The notes: generated from the sequence alone by a model not told the origin. Positions 37,481 to 49,944 are shown, counted from the first letter of the whole stretch. The stretch is 62,442 nucleotides of DNA, filler included, from Chiloscyllium plagiosum (GCF_004010195.1; 3 parts of one record of this genome joined end to end with filler, not necessarily neighbours in it), one strand, 5' to 3'. Translations and numbers: made by a program.

Positions 37481-38289
37481 GAGGTTGAGGAAAAGAATTC
37501 CAGAGCATAGGACCCAAGCTGCTGAAGGCCTGGTTACCATTGGACAGGCTGGAATTGACGGAATACCAAAATCTCTGACAGGGGGAGAATTCAGAGGGAA
37601 GGAGGAGGTAGGGAGGAGACAGACGCAACTGTGGAGGGATTGGAAAATGCAGATGAGCACTTAGGGATTGGAAAATGCAGATGAGCACTTTAAACTGAAA
37701 CACCCCCAGACCAGGAGCCAATATGCTTCAGTGAGCGCAGTGATCGTAATGTGGCTGATGGTGGGTTAGCACACATGAGCAGTAGGGATGCGAGGGAGCT
37801 GAGGCTTGTGAATGGTGAGAGCTGTGACAATGGTGAAGAGAGCGCTGCCATATTAACAGTTTGCAGTACTCACACTCGTCTTCAGCCTACAGGAGAGAGA
37901 GCTGTGTGTGTGTGGAGGCCTGGCTGATTTCACACAGTCACAGTGTTGTTATGATGCAGTAGGAGCCCATTCAGCCCGTTGCACCTGGATGGTTCAATCC
38001 CCAGCACCATTCCCCTGCCTTTTCCCCATATCTCTGCACACCATTCCTATCTAAATACCCATCCAGCGCCCATCTTGAATGCCTCAGTTGAACCTGCCTC
38101 CCCCACATTTCCACACCCTAACTACTTGCTGGGTGAATAGTTTCCCACATCACCCTTGCTTCTTGCACATCACTTTAGATCCATGCCCTCTCATTCTTGA
38201 TTTTTTTATGAACAGGAACAACTTCTCTCCATGTACTAGACTGCTCAGGATTTGTAAACCTCTGCTTGGAACTGGGGAAAAGAAAATAC

Positions 38290-38620
38290 GCCCACACACC
38301 ACAACAACTTACACACACACACGTGCACACATGCGCATGTGCACACACACACTCTCTCTCTCACACACACACAATCACATACACACACACACACAATCAC
38401 ATAATCACACAACCATCACAATAACACACACACACATATCTCAACAGACCACATACACATTCACACATGCACATGCACAAACATACACACAATCATATGT
38501 ACACACACACATACACAATCACATACTCACACACACATGTGAAGACACACATTCTCACACACATATATGCAGACACAGTCTCATTATCACACTCACGCAC
38601 ATGCAAACACTCAACACTCT
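38290..38620. repeat. (CA)n-rich microsatellite
   Basis: Direct inspection. Confidence 0.9.
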
Positions 38621-39971
38621 CAAACCATGGTGCCAAATTTTATTCAAGATTGCTCCCATAGTGCACTTTAGGATTCGCTACTCTGTTGAAGGTGCTATTT
38701 AAATACAATATACTTTTGATTCCAATATGAAAGTATGTTATTAATTGAGGTATATTAAAGGAGTGCATAAAACATGAATATGTCAGACTCTGCTACGTTA
38801 TTACAATGTAAATAATCACTTTTCTCCCTCATTGAAAGAGCAAAAGATTTGACCATCCAGTATCTGAGGAAGTTACAGTCCTCGGTAAAATGGTTGCAGT
38901 TTACTGCATTAAGAGGTGCAGCATTTACAGCAGCCTGGAAGACAATGCAGCAAAGGGTGGGAATCAGTGTGTTTAACGTGGCAGCTGCTCTCAAGGCACT
39001 AATGCATTTCCTGCAGTCACTGACAATACACGTGATGAACTATTACCAAGTCACAGGCTAATCTTGCAACTTGGGAAAAGGCACTGAGTGGAAAGGAGCA
39101 CATTCAAGTGAACTGCCACACATACCAGGCTGCCCACGACAATGGCACCCCTGCAGCAACAACGCAACCTGCAACACCTCCAATGCGCTCACAAATGCAA
39201 GGGGGGACAAGTTTTCCTGCACAGCTGCCAATCTCCGAATCCTTGAGCCCAAAACAGCAATGATGATGTGCATTTGTATAGCAACCTTAATGGAGCAAAG
39301 CATTCCAAGATGGTTTACTTCCACATTTCCAGGTGGCTGCGAGGTCTGGGTAAAGACGTCTGCCCTGGTATCTCTCAGAGCAGGAGCGTGAGCCACCTGA
39401 GCGTGCTCCGCTGTTCAATAGAACCATGGCTTATCCTCTATCTCACTGTCATATTCCGCTTTCTCCCCATTACTTTTGTTGTCATTTCAAAACTAACAAT
39501 GTATCTTTCTTGAACATACTCAGTGACTTGTCCTCACCAGCCTCCCACATGTTCCTCCTGTCTGAATGAAGGAATATTTCCTCATCTCAGGAACAGTTTC
39601 TACCCTACTGTTGTTAGAATACTGAATGGACTCACAAACTCTTAACATTCGCCTGTACCTGCGTTTTATTTTTGCTGCTGTTTACCTATATGGTCCACCC
39701 TGTATCCTGAGACTGCGTCCTCTGGATCGATTAGGGGACAATTTAAATGGACCACCAGAAATGGGAATATCTCATCTACCAAGCCCTGACCCTGTCAGGT
39801 CACCCTCCCATGTCTGTCTGATGGACTACAGGCTGCTTCGTCTTTCTGATTAGAATAACCTCTCATTCCTGGAGTCGCCCATGATGATATGGAGCTGCTG
39901 GTGTTGGACTGGGGTGGACAAGGTCAGAAGACACAACACCAGGTTACAGTCCAACAGGTTTATTTGAAATC

Positions 39972-40195
39972 AACAATGTCTCTTCTTCCTCAGGCAGCTG
40001 AGGAAATACGGTGAATCCCCTCGCCAACTTTTATAGGTGCACCATCGAGAGCATTCTGTCTGGATGTATCACTACCTGGTATGGCAACTGTACCATTCAA
40101 GATCGGAGACTGTTACAGAGAGTGGTGAACTCGGCCTGGACAATCACAAAGGCCAACCTCCCATCTGTAGAATCCCATCTACCAGGCCCACTGTC
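39972..40195 (+). mobile_element. Rex1/Babar LINE fragment
   Basis: LFFLRQLRK..LANFYRCTIESILSGCITTWYGNCTIQDRRLLQRVVNSA. Confidence 0.88.
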
Positions 40196-40199
40196 TAGG

Positions 40200-41351
40200 A
40201 TTCTGGGTAATCCAAGATGGAGGACAGGAAAAATTTCTGGCTGTAACAGCTACTCCTTCTTTTGAGGTATTTTAAGTGTTGGAGGTGATTTCTTCGAATT
40301 CCAGGAGCAGCAATTACTATTTTATATGCTGTTGCATTGTTTTGGAACTTTGGAAAAAAAAAGTCAAAACAACAGCAGTTTTAAAAAGGGAGAAGAACAG
40401 ACAAAGGAAGCACATGGTGAGATCAGTACAGGAGAGAGAGAGAAAGAAACTGACACCAGAGTGAACCTGCACAAACTTTGCTGTTTGAATTCATGTGTCG
40501 CTGGACATTGGAGTGCGTCTGGGAAAATTAACAAACAGTGAAATTCACAACTAATCTTGGAGGAACTGTTAGGCGAAGTTCACAGCACAGAATCAGATTG
40601 GTTAATTGCTTTAAGTGTGGCCCACAGAAAGTCTGCAGTAGTGAGTAAAGTGTGTTCTTTCTTGATTATATATGTTTCTTGATTAAAGTTAAAATATAAG
40701 CCGTAACTATTAATCTAACCCGGGGCAGTGTTTGTAGAGGAATAAGACGGTGTTATTTTCTGGGTCTGTAGATTGCGAAGGAGCAAAATGGCCTTTAGTA
40801 GAGTGATATGCGTTTCTTGTCAGATGTGGGAGTTTAAAGAGAGTTTAAGGGTTACTGCAGATTATATCTGCAATAAATGCAGTTAATTGTGAATCTTATC
40901 AGATCGAATGGATCGGTTGGAGAGACAGATAGAAGCGATGAGGAATTTGCAACAGCAACAGTATGTGATGGATGGCAGTTATAGGAAGGGGAAAAGTTGC
41001 AGATACAGTTACATAGATGGGTTAACTCCAGGAAAGGTAAGACAGGTTGGCACCTAGTGCGGGTGTGTTCTGTGGCTATACCCATTTCAAACAAGTATGC
41101 TGTTTTGGAAAATGTAGTGGGTGATGGATTCTCAGGGCAACGTAGCACAAACAGCCAAGTTTCTGGTATTGAGACCGGCTCTAATGTAATGAGAGGTACG
41201 TCAGGTTCCAAGACATCAATTGTGTTAGGGGATTCTGTAGTCCGAGGTACAGGCAGACGTTTCTGTGGCCAGCAGAGAAAAAGCAGAATGGTGTGTTGTT
41301 TCCCTGGTGCCAGGATCAAGGATGTCTCCGAGGGGGTGCAGAGTGTTCTCA
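40200..41351 (+). mobile_element. CR1 LINE 5'UTR and disrupted ORF1 (zinc finger, coiled coil, SGNH esterase), cut by the linker
   Basis: ATG 40788: MAFSRVICVSCQMWEF..DYICNKC (CxxC..CxxC) then stops; RMDRLERQIEAMRNL; SIVLGDSVVRG..VCCFPGARIKDV (GDS block). Confidence 0.88.
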
Positions 41352-41451
41352 NNNNNNNNNNNNNNNNNNNNNNNNNNNNNNNNNNNNNNNNNNNNTTAAT
41401 TAATTAANNNNNNNNNNNNNNNNNNNNNNNNNNNNNNNNNNNNNNNNNNNN
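41352..41451. other. artificial 100-bp scaffolding linker (44 N + TTAATTAATTAA + 44 N)
   Basis: Same construct as 22410-22509. Confidence 0.95.
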
Positions 41452-41675
41452 TGCACACAGGCACATACACACAGACACACACACGCACAGACACACACAC
41501 AGACACAGCCTCACACACGTACATAGACACACACACACGCGTATATACATCCACACGCACGCACGCACACACATATGCGTGCGCATATACATATACAAGC
41601 ACACACACAGACAGGCACTTGCAAACACACACACACAGACATGCACGCAAGCATGCACACATGTGCATACACACA
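41452..41675. repeat. (CA)n-rich microsatellite
   Basis: Direct inspection. Confidence 0.92.
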
Positions 41676-42750
41676 ACCTCTCGATCACACCAGATCACCC
41701 TTCATATTCTGGACCTAGCACCTACAACCTACATTTACGTAGCACCTTGCAAGGATGTTGCCAGGACTGGAGGGTTTGAGCTATAGGAACAGCCTGAGCG
41801 GTGATTGTGTAGAGTCATAGAGATGTACAGTATGAAGCAGCCAATTACCTAACTTGCACGTCTTTAGACTGTGGAAGGAAGCCCACACAGCCTGGTGCTG
41901 TGAGGCAGCAGTGCTAACCACTGAGACACCATGCTGCGCCACTCTTCAAACAGATCTGTGGATATACACACTCGGATCTCTCCAGGGTCTCTCCACAATC
42001 CTACCATTAGCTGGTCAATCCTCCTCAAGTGTAGCATTCCTCACTTTTTCCAGGTTAAATTTGATTTGTGATTGTCATCAAAACTAAAGAGCACCCTTGG
42101 GACGTTTGGATGGGACTGTGCTCATGAACATCTCCAGGAGGTGTTTTGAAACCCTGCTATTGTTGAACCAAAACTCAGTTTCACACTTTAGTCGCCTGCT
42201 GAGGCTGCCCCGTACTTTACACAGTTTCTTTTGGTAGGTGCGAGATGGAACAACAAGGAAACTTCAAAACTCACCGAACAGAGTCAGTCATACAGCACAG
42301 CCACAGACCCTTCGACCCAACTCTCCCATGCTGACTAGGCATCCCAGTCTGACCTCATCCCAACTGACAGCATTTGGCCCATATCTCCCTAAACCTTTCC
42401 TGCTGAGTGACTGAAGAGCCTATGGCTCGTTTCTGTCGGGAACAGTTCAGGGTTGTGAGCTGCTCAAGATCTTTAACATTATGAAAGGGTTGGATGGGGT
42501 TAATAGGAACACAGGGACACAGGAGGGATACAAGGCCTATCGACCCCTCAAGCCTATCCTATCATGCCCAATTGTGATTCATCATCTACCTCAATGGCAC
42601 ATCCCCCCACAACTTCCTGTTTCACTTTGATTCCTTAAAAAAACAGAAGTATAATGATGACTGATGTCTTGTGACTGAGCCTTCTCAGGCAGAGAATTCC
42701 AAAAATTCACTTTCCTCTGAGTGAGGAAATTCCTCTCCATCTCAATCGTA

Positions 42751-44439
42751 CAAAAGGTGTTATGACAAACTTCTAGAGCAGGTGGGGCCTATACCCGGGA
42801 CTCTGGCTCAGAGGGAGACCTCATCAATACATCCTACACCTTTTGGCTCATCTTAAACACACCAATCATTCCCTGTGGGAGTGAGTCCTACATTCCCCCC
42901 CCCCCACCCAAAGGGAGTGGGGGGGGGGTGAATGTAGGACTCACTCCCAAAGGGAGTGGGGGGGGGGTGAATGTAGGACTCACTCCCAAAGGGAGTGGGG
43001 GGGGGGTGAATGTAGGACTCACTCCCAAAGGGAGTGGGGGGGGGGTGAATGTAGGACTCACTCCCAAAGGGAGTGGGGGGGGGGTGAATGTAGGACTCAC
43101 TCCCAAAGGGAGTGGGGGGGGGGTGAATGTAGGACTCACTCCCAAAGGGAGTGGGGGGGGGGTGAATGTAGGACTCACTCCCAAAGGGAGTGGGGGGGGG
43201 GTGAATGTAGGACTCACTCCCAAAGGGAGTGGGGGGGGGGTGAATGTAGGACTCACTCCCAAAGGGAGTGGGGGGGGGGTGAATGTAGGACTCACTCCCA
43301 AAGGGAGTGGGGGGGGGGTGAATGTAGGACTCACTCCCAAAGGGAGTGGGGGGGGGGTGAATGTAGGACTCACTCCCAAAGGGAGTGGGGGGGGGGTGAA
43401 TGTAGGACTCACTCCCAAAGGGAGTGGGGGGGGGGTGAATGTAGGACTCACTCCCAAAGGGAGTGGGGGGGGGGTGAATGTAGGACTCACTCCCAAAGGG
43501 AGTGGGGGGGGGGTGAATGTAGGACTCACTCCCAAAGGGAGTGGGGGGGGGGTGAATGTAGGACTCACTCCCAAAGGGAGTGGGGGGGGGGTGAATGTAG
43601 GACTCACTCCCAAAGGGAGTGGGGGGGGGGTGAATGTAGGACTCACTCCCAAAGGGAGTGGGGGGGGGGTGAATGTAGGACTCACTCCCAAAGGGAGTGG
43701 GGGGGGGGTGAATGTAGGACTCACTCCCAAAGGGAGTGGGGGGGGGGTGAATGTAGGACTCACTCCCAAAGGGAGTGGGGGGGGGGTGAATGTAGGACTC
43801 ACTCCCAAAGGGAGTGGGGGGGGGGTGAATGTAGGACTCACTCCCAAAGGGAGTGGGGGGGGGGTGAATGTAGGACTCACTCCCAAAGGGAGTGGGGGGG
43901 GGGTGAATGTAGGACTCACTCCCAAAGGGAGTGGGGGGGGGGTGAATGTAGGACTCACTCCCAAAGGGAGTGGGGGGGGGGTGAATGTAGGACTCACTCC
44001 CAAAGGGAGTGGGGGGGGGGTGAATGTAGGACTCACTCCCAAAGGGAGTGGGGGGGGGGTGAATGTAGGACTCACTCCCAAAGGGAGTGGGGGGGGGGTG
44101 AATGTAGGACTCACTCCCAAAGGGAGTGGGGGGGGGGTGAATGTAGGACTCACTCCCAAAGGGAGTGGGGGGGGGGTGAATGTAGGACTCACTCCCAAAG
44201 GGAGTGGGGGGGGGGTGAATGTAGGACTCACTCCCAAAGGGAGTGGGGGGGGGGTGAATGTAGGACTCACTCCCAAAGGGAGTGGGGGGGGGGTGAATGT
44301 AGGACTCACTCCCACAGGGAATGATTGGTGTGTTTAAGATGAGCCAAAAGGTGTAGGATGTATTGATGAGGTCTCCCTCTGAGCCAGAGTCCCGGGTATA
44401 GGCCCCACCTGCTCTAGAAGTTTGTCATAACACCTTTTG
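42751..44439. repeat. 145-bp perfect inverted repeat (42751-42895 / 44295-44439)
   Basis: caaaaggtgttatgacaaac...gagtcctacattc is the exact reverse complement of gaatgtaggactc...gtttgtcataacaccttttg. Confidence 0.95.
42910..44313. repeat. perfect tandem array, 36 x 39 bp (aaagggagt-G10-tgaatgtaggactcactccc)
   Basis: 1404 bp = 36 x 39; invariant 13-aa period in ORFs on both strands. Confidence 0.97.
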
Positions 44440-45754
44440 CAGAAGATGATTAACAGCCATCGATATTCCTGAGGTAGGAGCTGGCTCGGGTGGCACATGA
44501 ACGTCAGCACAGTGCTGATGGGCCAAATGGCCTATTTCGGGTAACTGTTGCCTGACCTCTGAAGACTGGCTCTGTGACAATCCACCTTCTTGTTTGGGGG
44601 GGTAATTAATGTTTGTTACTCTGTTCACAGAATCTCGAAATTGTTATGGAACAAAAGGAGGCCATTCGGCCCATTATGCCTAAGCTGGTTCTATCCCCTA
44701 GCGCCAAATTACTGCCTTTTCTCCATATCCCTGCTCACCATTTCCATCCCAACAACTATCCCATGCCCCTCGTGAATGCCTCAATTGAACCTGCCCCCAA
44801 GACATTTTCAGACAGTGCACTCCACACCCCAACTACTCACTGGGTGAAAAACATATCTCGTAATCACGCTTGCTTTATTTGAACATTACTTTAAATCTAC
44901 ACAACCTCAGTCTTATTCCTTATACACGCAGGAACAGCTTCTCCCTGTCAACTCTGTCCAATGACCGCTCATCGTTTTGCAAACCTCTACCAGACCTCAT
45001 CTCTAGCGTTCCTCTCTCCCGGGACAACAGTCCCAGCATAAATTGTTAAATTAAATTAACCACTGTCAGATTGTCAGTGAGCGAACTCACTCGGATGTGA
45101 ATGCCCAAAAAGCTTGTCCGTACCTAGGCTTGGCTGCCCCATCGAGTGCCAGCCTGTGAGCTAACAGAGTGCATGTTCCTTTAAATGAGAGAGAGATTGT
45201 GAGTGTGTGTATGTGTGTGTGTGAGAAAGAGAGAGAGAGAGAGAGTGAGAGTGACAGTCAGCCTGGGGATATGAACTCTCCACCATCTGGCTAGGAGACT
45301 GACCAGCCACTGCCTGCTCTTCGAAGGTGCCCCCAAATGATACATTTCTAATGAAGATGTCGTCCAGTCTCATTACAAATTCAAATCAACTCTTCACTCT
45401 TCCAATTAGGAAATCAAGTGCTTCTCTCTGATAATGAATACACCAGACCGACTGATGACTAAAGCAATGTACCAGGAGGCTACATCTTGCCAAGTGCTCT
45501 ATGTGAAGCTTCAGCCCGACACAGCACTCTGACAGGCAAGCCCAGAGGCATGTCGACACAGGCCGCACAGCTGAGGACGGCCTGCGTTTACGTAGCACCC
45601 ACACCGGAGCTGAAAACCCCAGGCCGCTTCTGTGGGGGACGCATTTGACGCTGAGCTACGTGTGCAGGAATCCAAACTAGACCCAGGAGACCTCTGGGAG
45701 CTCAAGGTCGGATAACCAGTGAGTGATAGAAACCAGGGAGAGATCCTAGAGCCG

Positions 45755-46770
45755 TCCAGCACAGAAACAGACCTTTCAATCCAACCATTTCACACCGAGC
45801 AGAATCCCAAACTAAACTAGTCCCACCTGCCTGCTCCTGGCCCATATCCCTCTAAGCCTTTCCTATCATTGTGTCCATCCAAATGTCGTTTAAACATTGT
45901 AATTGTACTTCCTCTGGAAGTTCGTGCCACACATGAACCACTCTCTGTGTCTATTCATTCTTTTCCCTCTAACCTTAAAAATGTGCTCCTTAGTCTTGAA
46001 ATCCCTCACCCTAGGGAAAAGACACCTGCCACTCACCTTATCTATACGCTTCATGATTTTATAAATCTCTTTAAAGTCACCCCTTAATCTCCTACAGGAG
46101 ACAGTGAGGGCTGCAGATGCCGGAGATCAGAGTCGAGAGTGTGTTGCTGGAAAAGCACAGCACTGTTCTATTTAAAAAGGACCCAAGGAGTAACTTTTTC
46201 ACATGGCAGGTGGTGCATGTATGGAATGAGCTGCCAGAGGAAGTGGAGCAGGCTGGTACAATAACAACATTTAAAAGGCATCTGGATGGGTATATGATCA
46301 TCATAGAATCCCTACAATATGGAAACAGGCCCTTCAGCCCAACAAGTCCACACTGACCTTCCAAAGAGTATACCACCCAAACCCAATCCTCATTACTCTA
46401 CATTTACCCCTGACTAATGCACTTAGTCTACACATGCCAGAACACTGGATATGAATAGGAAGGGTTTAGAGAGGAGATGGAGAAAGTGAGGACTGCAGAT
46501 GCTGGAGATCAGAGCTGAAAATGTGGTGCTGGAAAAGCGCAGCAGGTCAGGCATGAGCAGGGCATGAGCTCATGCCCGAAACGTCGATTCTCCTGCTCCT
46601 TGGATGCTGCCTGACCTGCTGCGCTTTTCCAGCAACACATTTTCAGTTTAGAGGGAGATGGGCCAAGTGCTGGCAAATGGGACTAGATTAATTTAGGAAT
46701 ATCAGCTTGGCACGGACAAGTTGGACTGGAGGGTCTGTTTCTGTGCTGTACGCCTCTATGACTGTATAAC
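45755..46770. mobile_element. nested cluster: CR1 3' end (-, ~45755-46095), PLE fragment (~46098-46162), CR1 3' end (+) split by an HE1 tail (~46300-46445) and a palindromic PLE mini-element (46481-46645)
   Basis: RSNFFTWQVVHVWNELPEEVEQAGTITTFKRHLDGYM; near-perfect TSD gtttagag(a)ggagatgg around the PLE insert. Confidence 0.82.
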
Positions 46771-48117
46771 ATTCATCACTCTGCAAGAGAAGCCCAGATT
46801 CTCATGAATTGCTGACAGAAAAATATCCTCCTCACTTCTGCCTTATTTGGGAGGCCTGATATTTTCAAACAGCTTCCCCTAGCTCTACAATGTCCTATTC
46901 TTCTTCCTAAAACACATATTTCCATTTTATTTGCTTTATTCACTCATGTGATGAGGGCGGTCTCTGGCTAGCCCAGCATTCATTGCCCATCCCTAATTCA
47001 TCCATCGAGTGTGTGGACAGTAGGTTGAGGGAGGTGTTAGTGAATTTTGAGGTTGACTTTGGTAGAGAGTGAAATCCAGCATCCCAGTGCTCTTCTAAGA
47101 TGATACATCCTCGCTGAACTGATCTTTGTTGTGGTTTGCATGATGTTTTTTAGGCCAGATTGACTTTATTAAGAAATCAATTTACAGTTCTGAAGCGTGT
47201 AATCGAATGACACTGTGAGGTGGGGAGAGAAAACAGAACGGAGCTGGCTCTGAAACCTTGATGTCTTGATATTTACAATTCAATCTCAGTTTCAAACTCC
47301 AAAGCACTGCACATTGAAAGCGGGACTGCGAAATAATTTGCATCAGATAATACATTCTCATAGCACAGGAGGAGGGAGGAACGAGTGAATTCAGGACTCT
47401 GAATGGAGCTCAGCTCTGCATTTTCATATTTATGCTTTCACACTTTTTCTCACTTCCAAACAAGTGTTTCTAGACACTACCCAGCAGGGCAAAGCTTGGC
47501 TGAATGTTATGCCCTCTCTGAATGTTATGCTGTCCAGCTGCCTTATTAGCTCAGCCTAGTTCAGGATCAAACCCTGGAACACTACAGGTCATCCTCTCCA
47601 GGGAGTTAGGGGTGGGAAACAAATAGTGCATCACCCAGCTCCCTGCACGAGCAAAGACAGAGCCTATCGTTCTCATCCTCAGTCCAGAACCACGGGTGAC
47701 AGTGTAAGGATACGGAGTAGGACTGAGACGAGGAGAAATGTCTTTACCCAGAGAGCGGGGAGCCTGTGGATTCACTGTTACAGAAAATGGTTGAAGCCAA
47801 AACATTGAGCGTTTTCGAGAAGGAGTTAGATACAGTTCTTAAGGCTCAAAAGGTATGGGGTCGAAATTGGGAGCAGGGGACTGAATTTGAAATTGAGCTG
47901 TGATCATACTGAACAGTTGAGCAGGCACAAAGGGCCGAATGGCCTGCTCCTGCTCCTGGTTTCTGAGTTTCTGTTTCAATGATCCCTGTGGCCCTCCACT
48001 AGTTACATCTGCCAACTTGAAAATGACCTATTGATGCCCACTCCCTGCTTCCTGTTCATTAACCACGCCCCTCCCTGCTAACTTGTTAACTCCTACATCA
48101 TGAGTAGACACTAACAT

Positions 48118-48408
48118 GGTGCAGCACGGTGGCTCAGTGGTTAGCAGTGCCACCGTAAAACTCCATGAACCCAGGTTCAATTCCAGCCTTGCGTGACTGT
48201 CTGTGTGGAGTTTGCACACTCTCTCTGTATCTGTGTGGGTTTCCTCCCACAGTCCAAAGATGTGCATGTTACGGTGGATTGGCTGTGGGAAATGCAGGGT
48301 TACAGGGAAAGGGTAAGAGTTGGGTCTGGGGGGGGGGGGGGGGATGCTTTCCAAAGGGTTGGTGTGGGCTGAATGGCCAGCTTCCACACTGCAGGGATTT
48401 TTATGATT
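48118..48408 (+). mobile_element. HE1-type V-SINE, diverged
   Basis: tRNA head, V-domain, tail. Confidence 0.85.
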
Positions 48409-48924
48409 TTATCTCTGTGCTCTACCAAATCTGGCCTCTTGAGCATTTCAATTGTCCCACCATTGGTGGCCGTGCCTGGGTCCCAGTCTCTAGGATTCTT
48501 CCCTCAAGTTCTATGCTCCTTTCCCACTTCATTCATTCAGCAATCAGCTGACCCAAACAGCTCCTCATGTGCTGCATGTGTCAGGGTTTTGCTAATGAAC
48601 CTCCTCTGATGTGCAGTGGTTCTAGTCTTCAGACATGGAGTAGTTGGAAGGCATCCCATGAAGTCACCAAGGAGAGGGGGAGAATGCCAATGCACCCATG
48701 ATGGACTGAATGGCCTCTTTCTGTGCTGTAACGTTTCTAATTTTCTGTGGTTCTCAGGGAAGATGATGTGGAAGAAGCAAATGCAGGGAGTCGAGGAGGA
48801 TGGGAAGGAAGAGGGGAAATGTAAGAGGAGTAAGGGGAGAAGAAGAGGAGGAGGAGAAAAAGGGCTAACTGGACAGGGAGAGCACAGGGATAGGGGCACA
48901 AAGAAGGGCAAGGAAAAGAAAGGG

Positions 48925-49605
48925 CATCACTGGCTGGGCCAACATTTACTGCCCGTCCCTAGTTGCCCCTTGAGAAGGTGGGGGTGAGCTGCCTTCCTGA
49001 ACCGCTGCAGTCCATGTGCTGTGGGTAGACCCACAATGCCCCGAGGGAGAGAATTCCAGGATTCTGACCCGGCGACACTGAAGGAACAGCGATATATTTC
49101 CAAGTCAGGATGGTGAGGGGCTTGGAAAGGAACTTGCAGGGGGTGGGGTTCCCATGTATCTAGAGCCTTCATCCTTCTAGATGGAGGTGGTCGGGGGGAA
49201 TTGATTAGATTAGATTAGATTACTTACAGTGTGGAAACAGGCCCTTCGGCCCAACAAGTCCACACCGACCCGCCAAAGCGCAAATGACCTAGACCCACCC
49301 CCCTATATTTACCCTTTCACCTAACACTACAGGCAATTTAGCGTGGCCAATTCACCTGACCTGCACATTTTTGGACTGTGGGAGGAAACCGGAGCACCCG
49401 GAGGAAACCCACGCAGACACGGGGAGAATGTGCAAACTCCACACAGAGAGTCGCCTGAGGCGGGAAGGGAAGGTGTTGTCTGAGGATCTTTGGCACATGT
49501 CTGCAGTGCATCTTGTAGATAGTACACACTGCTGCTGCTGAGCATCGGCGGTGGAGGGAATGAGTGTTTGTGGATGTGGGGCCAATCAAGTGGCTGCATT
49601 GTCCT
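48925..49605 (-). mobile_element. CR1-group LINE 'family B' 3' end with a nested HE1 SINE (49203-49466, -)
   Basis: LINE tail on both sides of an HE1 body with (gatta)n tail. Confidence 0.88.
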
Positions 49606-49633
49606 GGCATGAAATCCATAAACACAGCCAGAT

Positions 49634-49935
49634 GGGGCTGCACGGTGGCTCAGTGGTTAGCACTGCTGCCTCACACCAGGGTCCCAGGTTCGATTCCAGC
49701 CTCGGACGACTGTCTGTGTGGAGTTTGCACATTCTCCCCGTGTCTGTGTGGGTTTGCTCCGGTTTCCTCCCACAGTCCAAAGATGCGCAGGTTAGGGTGA
49801 ATTGGCCATGTTAAATTGCCCATAGTGTTAGGTGCATTAGTCAGAAGGAAACGGGTCTGGGTGGGTTACTCTTCGGAGGGTCGGTGTGGACTGATTGGGC
49901 TGAAGGGCCTATTTCCACACTGTAGAGAATCTAAT
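49634..49935 (+). mobile_element. HE1-type V-SINE
   Basis: tRNA head, V-domain, tail. Confidence 0.92.
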
Positions 49936-49944
49936 TGAGATGAG

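Noticed and set aside
37636..37690. 28-bp tandem duplication gggattggaaaatgcagatgagcactt
   Set aside because: Simple local slippage within an old L2-like fragment.
42888..44337. 475-aa and 469-aa ORFs (Pro-rich / Gly-rich), or a CRISPR-like array
   Set aside because: By-products of a 39-bp unit with no synonymous variation; no unique spacers and no cas genes.
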